The notes beneath the pieces are model-generated. The model had not been told where the DNA came from. It saw only the letters and a program-made list of their open reading frames with translations, and did not search any database. 41,761 nucleotides of DNA. Source: Chrysochromulina tobinii. Its lineage: Eukaryota. Location: contig JWZX01002622.1 in assembly GCA_001275005.1 (NCBI GenBank), positions 1 to 41,761 of the forward strand, read 5' to 3'. A program made the translations under genes and the position numbers. Positions 8,939 to 17,548 of this stretch are shown here, piece after piece (within the stretch, counting starts at the first letter, position 1; every line of letters begins with the position of its first letter).

Positions 8939-11644
8939 ATGCTGGCCCACACGTGTTGCACGCACGGCGATCCAAACGTTGCAAGGCGCACCGCCGTGCT
9001 CTTACATGGCATGTTCGGCGACCGCCGTGACTTCGAGCAGCTTCGCCATGCTCTCAGTTCACTCATGGACTGCGTAAGCCTCGATCTTCCGGGCCATGGC
9101 GACAGCGCCCATCTCGGCGTGACGTCTGTCGCTGCTCTTGACGCCGTGATTGCGACGATCGAAGTGGCTACTCCAGACCGTGAGGTTGTTCTGATTGGCT
9201 ACTCGATGGGCGGCCGCCTGGCAATTCAGCTCGCCGCCGCGCGTTTGCAGGCGCAGGGCTGGCTGATTTCTGGCCTCATCATCCTGAGCGGCAACCCGGG
9301 CATGGACGACGAGGCCGAGCGACGGGAAAGGCTTGCGCACGACGCTCGCCTGGCCAAGCGCCTGCGCTCGATGCCGCCGCTGACATTTGCCGCGTGGCTT
9401 CGCGACGAGTGGTATGCACTACCTCTGTGGGGCCGCCACCTGCGCGCTCATCCCGCCTTTGACGAGATGCTCAGCCGACGCTGCGACGGAGCGCGTGCTG
9501 CGGACCGCGCCGCCGTCCTTGAGCGTGAGAGCGTGGGCTGCCAGCCGAGCTACTGGGACTGGCTCAGCGCGCCTCCGCTCCCGGTGCTCTTCGTAGCTGG
9601 TGGAGAGGACGCGACTTACACCAAGGTGGCCCGTGAGCTCTCGAGGAGGAGATCCGAGATTCGTCGAGATTCGTTGGATCCAGACGGCTCGGGGGCACGA
9701 GGAGATCCTGCCCACTTGCAAGTGGCCATCGTGCCGCACGTGGGCCATGCGCTGCTCACCGAGGATGCGCAATCGACCATCGACCTTTGCCTCACCTTCC
9801 TGCAGCAGCTGCCAGAGTCGGCGGTTCCGACGGCCCAGCCCAAGGCCGCAGAGGGGCAGCTGCCGCCGCCGCCGCCGCCGCCGCCGTCACAGCTCCAAAG
9901 GACGACGATGCACGCAGTCCGGCTGACCTCGCATGCACGCATGCTCCCGTTCCGGCTGCCACTGACAGCCCCTCTGCCGCTCGCGAGAGGTCCACCGCTC
10001 ACACAGCGTGAGGGCTACCTGCTGTTGCTCAGCGGGTCTACCGAGGACGGCCGGAGCGTGTGCGGCATAGGAGAGCTGTGCCCTCTGCCAGGTTTCCACA
10101 CCGAAGGCCTCGAGGCGGCTACTGAGCAGATGCGCACGATCGCACCGCGGCTTGCAGGCCGCAGCCTCCCTCTCTCGCTCGCGCAGCTCGATGGCACCTT
10201 AGCCGCCTGGCTCACCGCTCTTCTCCCCCAAACGTCGACACCCCTCCTCCCCAGCGTCCGGTGCGCTCTGGAGATGGCGATCTTGCATGTGCTCGCGCGT
10301 GCGACACAGGCGACGAGCATCGCACAACTCTATGCGCACCATCGGCAGGCCGCGTGGCACTCGCACGTACGCATCAACGGGTTGCTCGGCCGAGGCGAAT
10401 CGAGCGAGCTCGAGGCAGTGGCGGAGGCAAGTGCTGCGGCGAAGCTCTCGGTTGCTTTTGTGGCATCTCCCGAAGAGTGGCATGAGCCCGAAGAGCTCCC
10501 GGTTGCTTTCGTGGCATCTCCCAAAGAGGCTCAGTGGCATGAGCCCGAAGAGCTACCGGTTGCTTTTGTGGCATCTCCCGAAGAGGCTCAGTGGCATGAG
10601 CCCGAAGAGCTACCGGTTGCTTTTGTGGTATCTCCTGAAGAGGCTCAGTGGCATGAGCCCGAAGAGCTCCCGGTTGCTTTCGTGGCATCTCCCGAAGAGG
10701 CTCAGTGGCATGAGCCGCATGAGCTCCCGGTTGCTGCTGTGGCATCTCCCGAAGGAAGCGCCTCGGCCTATCGCATGCGCACGTGGAAGGTGAAGGTGGG
10801 GGGCACTGACCCCGTCGAGGATGCCAAGCGCATCTGCCGGCTGCTCATCGGATGTACATCGCTCGGGCTACGCCTTCGACTCGATGCGAATCAGGCGTGG
10901 AACGTGGCCCAGGCCGGCGTCTTCTGCGTACACTTGAGGCAGCAGTGGCTCGCGAGTTGCGCCACCGATCGTGCGGCCGATTGTGAGGCCGATCGTGAGG
11001 CGGACTGGCCGCCAGACGCCCTTGAATTCTGCGAAGAGCCGCTGGGGCCGTCGCTCGAGGCGTCGCTGCCTGGGTTGCATGCGGCCTACGGGCTGCGCCA
11101 CGCACTGGATGAGAGTGTGCTGCCCGCGGCTGTGCAGTTGGAGTCGCCTACGAGGCCGCGGGCAGCGTCGCAGGGTGCGAGCGAGGAGGACCACGAGGAG
11201 GACGCTCGAGACGACGCTCGTGGAGGAGGAGGAGGAGGAGCCCTCGAGGCGCTTCGGTCGCGCCTGAGTCACGTGAGCTGTGCAGCGATCGTGCTCAAGC
11301 CGACAATCCTCGGCGGGATGGAGGTGAGTGCCCGCTTGGCTGCCGAGGCTAGCGCACTTGGCAAGGGCGTGGTCTTGACCTCAGCTTTCGAATCGGGCGT
11401 CGCACTCGCACACGTCGCCATGCTGGCGGCTGTTGTGGGGGGAGCCAGCACTGCTCACGGGCTCTCCACCTTTGAGCGGCTGCAAAGTGACGTGCTGCAT
11501 CCGAGCTTTGCGGCGGCCGTCATCGGTGACCTGGTCGATGTGTCCAAGCTCCAAGCTGCGCTCGATGCTACAGCCGATGCGCTGCACTCGAGGACGGACT
11601 TGGAGGCTCTGGACGAGGGGTCACACGCAAGTCGTAATGTTTGA
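8939..11644 (+). CDS. menH-menC: Bifunctional MenH (SHCHC synthase, alpha/beta hydrolase) - MenC (o-succinylbenzoate synthase) fusion; phylloquinone/menaquinone pathway
   Basis: N-half: LLHGMFG, LDLPGHG, GYSMGGRLA, VAGGED, VGHALL. C-half: REGYLL, GELCPLPGF, PSVRCALEMA, KVKVG, LRLDAN, EEPL, ALDES, LKPTILGG, SAFESG. First in-frame ATG is at 8939. Confidence 0.88.
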   Translation: MLAHTCCTHGDPNVARRTAVLLHGMFGDRRDFEQLRHALSSLMDCVSLDLPGHGDSAHLGVTSVAALDAVIATIEVATPDREVVLIGYSMGGRLAIQLAAARLQAQGWLISGLIILSGNPGMDDEAERRERLAHDARLAKRLRSMPPLTFAAWLRDEWYALPLWGRHLRAHPAFDEMLSRRCDGARAADRAAVLERESVGCQPSYWDWLSAPPLPVLFVAGGEDATYTKVARELSRRRSEIRRDSLDPDGSGARGDPAHLQVAIVPHVGHALLTEDAQSTIDLCLTFLQQLPESAVPTAQPKAAEGQLPPPPPPPPSQLQRTTMHAVRLTSHARMLPFRLPLTAPLPLARGPPLTQREGYLLLLSGSTEDGRSVCGIGELCPLPGFHTEGLEAATEQMRTIAPRLAGRSLPLSLAQLDGTLAAWLTALLPQTSTPLLPSVRCALEMAILHVLARATQATSIAQLYAHHRQAAWHSHVRINGLLGRGESSELEAVAEASAAAKLSVAFVASPEEWHEPEELPVAFVASPKEAQWHEPEELPVAFVASPEEAQWHEPEELPVAFVVSPEEAQWHEPEELPVAFVASPEEAQWHEPHELPVAAVASPEGSASAYRMRTWKVKVGGTDPVEDAKRICRLLIGCTSLGLRLRLDANQAWNVAQAGVFCVHLRQQWLASCATDRAADCEADREADWPPDALEFCEEPLGPSLEASLPGLHAAYGLRHALDESVLPAAVQLESPTRPRAASQGASEEDHEEDARDDARGGGGGGALEALRSRLSHVSCAAIVLKPTILGGMEVSARLAAEASALGKGVVLTSAFESGVALAHVAMLAAVVGGASTAHGLSTFERLQSDVLHPSFAAAVIGDLVDVSKLQAALDATADALHSRTDLEALDEGSHASRNV
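10450..10755 (+). repeat. In-frame 57-nt (19-aa) tandem repeat, ~5 copies, inside MenC
   Basis: Unit VAFVASPEEAQWHEPEELP; GGTTGCTTT recurs at 10501 and 10558 (period 57). Confidence 0.95.
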
Positions 11645-11795
11645 ACACTTTTGTCAAGAAGTTCAGTCTCAAAAGCGCCCCCAATCGCGCCGACCCGCAC
11701 ACGTACGATACGCCACGCCACAGCGGACGGCCCGCGCGCGTCTGCTGCCTTGAGATGAGGGTCTCGACCACGCCGAGCTAATATCTCTAAAATAA

Positions 11796-14700
11796 CTAAG
11801 GCTCCGCAGCCAGAGCAGCTCCGTGGCCACTGTCTTCATCTCCGGACATGCGAGCCTCGTCGGCGCCCTTGACGCTCTCTTGACGAGCACTCGCGCGACG
11901 GAGGCGTGAGAGCCAGCTTCGCGTTGCTTCCGGTGCCACCTCGAGCATCATTTGACCACGCCCAGCCTTTGCGATGCACTCGGCTGCCACTTTCGCATCC
12001 AGCACAGGGAACCCGTTGACACTGACAATGGCCATGCCGGCGACTAGCGGCGGCACACTGCGTGCGGCCGGCGTGTCGGGCTTCACGCGGACGATGCTGA
12101 TGCGGTGGCCACTGGACTGTTGCAAGTCAAGCCCGATGGAGCCTTGATCCTCCTTGACAATGATGCACGTTTGGATGCAAGTCTCGACGACGACGCTTGA
12201 GCGTATCTTCTGCCGCAGGCTCCGCTGCCGTCGGTATGCCGTTGGCTTCGCTAGCACCGGCTCCGCTCCGCCAGTCGCGGCCTTCTCTGCCGCGGCCTTC
12301 TCAGCTGCTGACTCCTCTGCCGCTTCCGCCTCTGCCGCTGCCTTCTCGGCCTTAGGCCTCGTCCGTAAGAAATTCTGCTGCATATGCTGCATCGCGTTGA
12401 TGGCGACGACGGTGCGTACGTTGTCGAAGCAGCCCTGCGCAAACTGACAGAGCTGAGGGTCGGCCAAGCCGACAATGTGCTGCAGCCGCTCCATGCCCCC
12501 TGCAGCCTTGAGCTTATCGACGTATTCGATCTCCACGCACACGTTCTGGATCGCGCAGAGTGCGAGCAGTAGCGTCGCCTTGTCGGTCGAAAAGAGGTGG
12601 CGGAGGAGGAGATCAAACGCGCCAGCTTGCTTGAGCTCGCGCTTGCTTAGGTCTACCAGTGGATCAACAGCGCCTGCGGCCAGATTGCCCACAATATAAA
12701 TGGCCAGCTGATGGACTTGCGCGGTCTCGTGCGCTAGCAGGTTGCAGATGACCGGCACCGCACCGATTGCACGAAGCTCCGCACACAACGCAACGGCAGA
12801 GTCCCCCTCTGCGTCGTCCCATCGCGCAGACAAATCACGCAGCAGCTTCAATAACCCTTCGCCGTCTGCTCCCTTAAGCTCATCGACGAGGGTCTCAACC
12901 GCGCTAGCTATCTTTGGCTCCGCAGCCACCGCGTCGGCTGCTGCAGTCTCGGCCGATGCCGCCTCGGCCGCCGCATTCTTGACCGGCGCTGCCTCAGCCG
13001 CCGCCGCCTCAGCCGCCGCCGCCTCAGCCGCCGCCGCCTCGGCCGCCGCCGCCTCGGCCGCCGCCTTCCCTGCTGCTGCCTTCTCTGCCGCCTCTGCCGC
13101 CTCAGCCGCTGTGGCCTCAGCCGCCGCCGCCTCAGCTGCCGCCGCCTCGGCCGCCGCCTTCTCTGCCACAGCCTTCTCTGCCGCAGCCTTCTCTGCCGCA
13201 GCCACCTCGCCCGCGGCCGCCTCGCCTGCAGCCGCCCCTGTTGCCTCCGCCTCGGCCGCCGCCTTCTCGGCCTCCGCCTTCTCGGCCGCCGCCTTCTCGG
13301 CCGCCGCCTTCTCGGCCGCCGCCTTCTCGGCCGCCGCATTCTCGGCCGCCGCCCTCTCGGCCGCCGCCTTCTCGGCCGCCGCCTTCTCGGCCGCCGCCTT
13401 CTCGGCCGCCGCCTTCTCGGCCACCGCCTTCTCGGCCGCCGCCCTCTCGGCCGCCGTATTCTCGGCCGCCGCATTCTCGGCCACCGCCCTCTCGGCCGCC
13501 GCCTTCTCGGCCGCCGCCTTCTCGGCCGCCGCCTTCTCGGCCACCGCCCTCTCGGCCGCCGCCTTCTCGGCCGCCGCCTTCTCGGCCGCCGCCTTCTCGG
13601 CCGCCGCCATCTCGGCCGCCGCCTTCTCGGCCTCCGCCCTCTCGGCCGCCTTCTCGGCCGCCGCCCTCATGATGAGCTTGTGCCGGTGCGATAAGCTGGT
13701 ACCGAAGTCCTCCATCTCGGTTGATGAGGTCTCGCGCGCGGTCGTGCTGTCAGTCGAGGCTCCATCGATCAAGCGAATCTGGTCGGTAAACTCGGTCAGC
13801 TGCGCACGGCCACGAGCCGGGCTGCGGGTCTCGCCCTTGCCAGTTGAGGCTCCATCGATGCCAATCTCGGTCAGCTGCTCACGGCCACGTGTCGGGCTGC
13901 GGGACTCGCCTTTGCCACGAGAGCGGAAGAAGCAGCAGCACAAAATCGAAATCATGCACAGGCCTCCACCGAGGACGACGTAACGGAGGACGAGACCGAG
14001 GACGAACCCGAGGACGAACTCGTCGCTCGGGGGTGAAGATGGCGGCGGCGGCGATGGTGGCGAGAGCATGCCACCTTGTGGGAATAAAGGGCCCGTGGTG
14101 GGCGTGCTGGTGTTGCGATTGCTCAGGCGGGCGGCAGTGCCGTGATGCCCGTAGATGAGCAGGTTCCAGCTGTGGAGCGTCGAGTCCACATTCGGACCGT
14201 TCGCGATCCGCCGATCACGGATCGCGAGCGTCCACGTGCCCACCGGGCTTTCGCCCCAGCTACGCACGCTCGTCATCTTCCAATTGAAGCGTGGCATGTA
14301 GAGCGAGGGCTGTCCGTTTTCGCCCACCCAGTTCGCCGCAAGGCAGTCAACGTAGTCACACTCGCAATACTCGGGGTTGTCGCAAGTTCCATCGTTGTTG
14401 AATTCGCACGTGTCGGCCGCGGCCGAGCAGCCCTCGACCGGCGGGTTGGACGTCTCGGGCCGCGGACCGGGGGTCAGGATAGAGTGCGTGCCCGAGGGCG
14501 AGGTGAGCTCGAGCTGCAAGTCGCCGCGCGACGAGTGGTCGAGGTTGAGGAAGATTTCGATCCACTCGATCGCCCACGTCTGGCTCTGCGCACTGACCGT
14601 GACACTGGTCGACAACGTCGAGCCATCGTGCGGGACGGTGAGCAGGTGCTGCGTCGAGCTCGCAATAATGCGCTGCTCGATCCCCCAGTTGGTCCACGAG

Positions 14701-16364
14701 AGCGCGGCGGCAACAGCCGCGCTGGCGTCGACCATGCCAAAGCCGTACTTGATGTTGTGGATGAAGCCAGCCGCGTTCGTGGTCCAGAGGGGGCTCGTGG
14801 GGTCGTTTCGGCTCGTCGTCGCCGCGAGGATCCCCTGCACGTCGCGCCAGCCGAGCAGCGGATTGGCTTCGAGCATGAGCGCGACCACGCCCGAGACGAC
14901 GGGGCACGCGAACGAAGTTCCCTGCAAGTAACTTCCTTCTACCAGCGCAGCACAGCCGCCGCCTGCTGCCGCCATGTACCAGCTGTTGCTGTGCTGATGT
15001 GAGTCGCCGCCCGGCGCGGTGATGAAGAGCGAAGAACCCGTCGTCGAGTAATACGCGTGCAAGCCGAGCTTGTCTGTGGCGCCGACGGTGATTGTGAAGC
15101 GCGAGTGCAAGTATTGCTCCATGTTGACGTCCTCGCCATGTGTGTACTCGTTGCCCGACGAAAAGACGTACACGATGCCGCGCCTGCTGCGCCCCTCGAG
15201 GACGCCACGCTGCAGAACCCGTACGGTGTCCCAGTGCAGGTGCGTGTACGCGCATGTCATCCAGAGGTACGTCCACAAGGCGCACTCGCCGTCCGCAACG
15301 TAGTTGTAGGAGTCCTGGCAGTAGGTCGAGATGACCGCTTCGCACGTGCTCGGCGGCGACGTCCAGCTGGCCCCGGCGCACTGGGAATCGCTGCACGGGC
15401 TGGTGCCCGAGGCGGCCGTGGCTGCAAAGGGACACCCCTGCAGCAGGCGCTGCCGGAGCTTGCGCCGCCCGGAGCTAGCGAGGGCTGTGCACGGGTCGAT
15501 CCCCCACGAGTTGGATGAGATGTGGTTTCGGTCCATGTTGCCGATGAACTTATCCTCGACGGTGTTGTAATAACTGCACTCGGACAGCGTCGCACCATAC
15601 GCGACGCCGCGAGAGCATCCGTCGTTATCGGCCGCGAGCGCGATCGCAGCCGTTATGGTTCCGTGTTCGCCGTCGCTTGGGATCGGGCACGACCCCAACG
15701 CATCATACTTGCCAGAAAAAGCGGGGTGCGTCTGATCGGTCCCATCATCGACTATGTTGATCGTCACGCCAGCACCAGTGTAACCCTCCGCCCAAGCGGG
15801 CAGCAGGTTGATCAAAGTGTGCGCCCAGGCGTTCATCTCGTAGTAAGGGTCGGTGACAGGCGAGGCCACGCAGCCGCTGCTGCTCGTCCAAGCATCGTGC
15901 GGGCAGAGGATGCGATCGCCTGGCAGCAGCGCCGATATCGGCGCAGTCGCACACAGCGCGCCTGCGGCACACCACCAGTTGGAGGTGCGGGCGGCCATGC
16001 AACTGCTGCACGTGTAGTGTGAGAACTGCCGTTGCCCACAGGTGGTGAACCCACAGGTAGCCGGACAATTGTAAGCCACGTCCGCGTAATACCGCGAAGA
16101 CGGCGCGCAATACCCAAGGAATGCCGCGGCAGCACACGTCGAATTGGAATACATGTCGACGCACTGCGCACAGTTGAGCCTACAGGTGGCCGGACAGTTG
16201 AGAGTCATGATCGCGTAGCCACTCGAAGACGCATTGCAATGCCCAAGGGCTGCCCCGGCAGCACAAAACGAAGCTGGCTGCACGTCGACGCACTGAAAGT
16301 GTGAAGCGGCCGAGATGGCGAGCAACGTGCTCAATGCTGCGAAGATGGATTTCATCGTCCCCAT
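11796..16364 (-). CDS. Kexin/furin-like S8B proprotein convertase: signal peptide, 2 ShKT domains, S8 domain, P-domain, TM, (AEKAA)n, ARM-like repeats, PDZ-like C-terminus
   Basis: Hydrophobic leader [17 protein letters not shown]; two CxD...NCPATC..C ShK-type motifs; catalytic IVDDG, HGT, SSGN and GTSFACP; LGWRDVQ and YGFG; P-domain [17 protein letters not shown]...[37 protein letters not shown]-like SIGLDL...TPAA...GMAIVSVNG. Start is ATG 16364 or 16355. Confidence 0.88.
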   Translation of the reverse strand: MGTMKSIFAALSTLLAISAASHFQCVDVQPASFCAAGAALGHCNASSSGYAIMTLNCPATCRLNCAQCVDMYSNSTCAAAAFLGYCAPSSRYYADVAYNCPATCGFTTCGQRQFSHYTCSSCMAARTSNWWCAAGALCATAPISALLPGDRILCPHDAWTSSSGCVASPVTDPYYEMNAWAHTLINLLPAWAEGYTGAGVTINIVDDGTDQTHPAFSGKYDALGSCPIPSDGEHGTITAAIALAADNDGCSRGVAYGATLSECSYYNTVEDKFIGNMDRNHISSNSWGIDPCTALASSGRRKLRQRLLQGCPFAATAASGTSPCSDSQCAGASWTSPPSTCEAVISTYCQDSYNYVADGECALWTYLWMTCAYTHLHWDTVRVLQRGVLEGRSRRGIVYVFSSGNEYTHGEDVNMEQYLHSRFTITVGATDKLGLHAYYSTTGSSLFITAPGGDSHQHSNSWYMAAAGGGCAALVEGSYLQGTSFACPVVSGVVALMLEANPLLGWRDVQGILAATTSRNDPTSPLWTTNAAGFIHNIKYGFGMVDASAAVAAALSWTNWGIEQRIIASSTQHLLTVPHDGSTLSTSVTVSAQSQTWAIEWIEIFLNLDHSSRGDLQLELTSPSGTHSILTPGPRPETSNPPVEGCSAAADTCEFNNDGTCDNPEYCECDYVDCLAANWVGENGQPSLYMPRFNWKMTSVRSWGESPVGTWTLAIRDRRIANGPNVDSTLHSWNLLIYGHHGTAARLSNRNTSTPTTGPLFPQGGMLSPPSPPPPSSPPSDEFVLGFVLGLVLRYVVLGGGLCMISILCCCFFRSRGKGESRSPTRGREQLTEIGIDGASTGKGETRSPARGRAQLTEFTDQIRLIDGASTDSTTARETSSTEMEDFGTSLSHRHKLIMRAAAEKAAERAEAEKAAAEMAAAEKAAAEKAAAEKAAAERAVAEKAAAEKAAAEKAAAERAVAENAAAENTAAERAAAEKAVAEKAAAEKAAAEKAAAEKAAAERAAAENAAAEKAAAEKAAAEKAAAEKAEAEKAAAEAEATGAAAGEAAAGEVAAAEKAAAEKAVAEKAAAEAAAAEAAAAEATAAEAAEAAEKAAAGKAAAEAAAAEAAAAEAAAAEAAAAEAAPVKNAAAEAASAETAAADAVAAEPKIASAVETLVDELKGADGEGLLKLLRDLSARWDDAEGDSAVALCAELRAIGAVPVICNLLAHETAQVHQLAIYIVGNLAAGAVDPLVDLSKRELKQAGAFDLLLRHLFSTDKATLLLALCAIQNVCVEIEYVDKLKAAGGMERLQHIVGLADPQLCQFAQGCFDNVRTVVAINAMQHMQQNFLRTRPKAEKAAAEAEAAEESAAEKAAAEKAATGGAEPVLAKPTAYRRQRSLRQKIRSSVVVETCIQTCIIVKEDQGSIGLDLQQSSGHRISIVRVKPDTPAARSVPPLVAGMAIVSVNGFPVLDAKVAAECIAKAGRGQMMLEVAPEATRSWLSRLRRASARQESVKGADEARMSGDEDSGHGAALAAEP
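12930..13670 (-). repeat. Coding 15-nt minisatellite encoding ([10 protein letters not shown])n
   Basis: Plus-strand GCCTTCTCGGCCGCC tandem array, in frame within the protease tail. Confidence 0.95.
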
Positions 16365-16962
16365 GCTTTGCGACCTCTCGTTGACTCGGCGCCACGATTG
16401 CACGACCCTCGATTTTCGTGACACTAAAAATGCGCCTTCGTGCTGGAATTGCATAGTATTGCCGGATCGATCCATATTGGGAGCTACATGTACGCGTTTC
16501 CTGAAGAAACTCCAGACACTTGGAAAAGTAAAAATTCATTAACAATCCTTTTGTGGTAGGAATAAAGGTATTTGTGGTACACGGCCACATCCTACGCAAG
16601 TGAAATCACGGTCTCTACATATTGCGGTCTCATTGTCTCAGACAAATGCAGCTTACACACGATACTCAATGGCACCGTACCTACAAGCGGAGGTTTCTCG
16701 CGATCGGGATGTGTCAACCGTACGATCTCTCACTGAAAAACACATGTTGGATACATGTTGGACCGCATGGACCACTGCAAGATGTGGTACTGTCTACTGT
16801 GCGTGGCTCCACAGACATCCTGCCAGACTGAGGCAACTAGGACTGAGGCTCGTGCATCCTCACTCTTCTGTCCCTGTTGCAAGCGAGGCATCGTGCCTGG
16901 TCGGCTCTTGCAGCTGAATCGCACGTTGACGGGCTGCACATGACCTACACGTGACCTAAGGA

Positions 16963-17306
16963 TCAGAAGCGATCCAGGCGCTTCGCCTTGCCGATGGCGT
17001 TGGCGAGCTTCTGGCGCTCCGCGAGGTTGTCCACACCCTTCTCCTTGAGGCTGGCGAGGAATGTAGGCCGATCTTCCGTAAGCATTGCCTCAAGCGATTG
17101 GAGAGTCTCTCCCATGAGGAGTGCCATGGTTGAGATCAGCGAGTTCTCTTTGAGGAGCTCGTTGAGGTCCTTCAATTTGGGTTCGGGATCCTTCTCCTGC
17201 GGGGCATATCCGGGGTGGCACGCGATCGCGATGAGAAGCTGTGCACATCGATACCCTGCCTTGCCTCCGCATTCTCTGCAGTGCAGTGCACCTTCTTGGC
17301 CGGCAT
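16963..17306 (-). CDS. Small protein (~96 aa) with SAM-like helical C-terminus; exons 17306-17292 and 17238-16963
   Basis: ATG CCG GCC AAG AAG|GTGCAC...GCACAG|CTT gives a 53-nt phase-0 intron and MPAKKLLIAIACHPGY...LKEKGVDNLAERQKLANAIGKAKR. The SAM-like call is a tentative resemblance. Confidence 0.55.
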
Positions 17307-17548
17307 CCGATCGATTGAAGAAGCGGTCCTGTGCGGCTCGGTTCCGGACGCCGAGAAGATTTTTTGTGGTTCTTGCACACTTCGCCTTCCAAAATGGTAA
17401 TAACTTTCCACAGGGCCTGGTTCGCGCAACTCGAGTCTAAACCTACTGAAAACCCGCGGAACACCCGAGTGCTGAGCCAGTGGGGGCACGCGCTTTGATG
17501 TTCGCTATCTGAGAGCTCCATGCGATATAATTATGTACTGGTTGCACT

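Noticed and set aside
12742..13983. Ala-, Arg- or Pro-rich ORFs in other frames
   Set aside because: They are shadow frames of the (AEKAA)n coding repeat.
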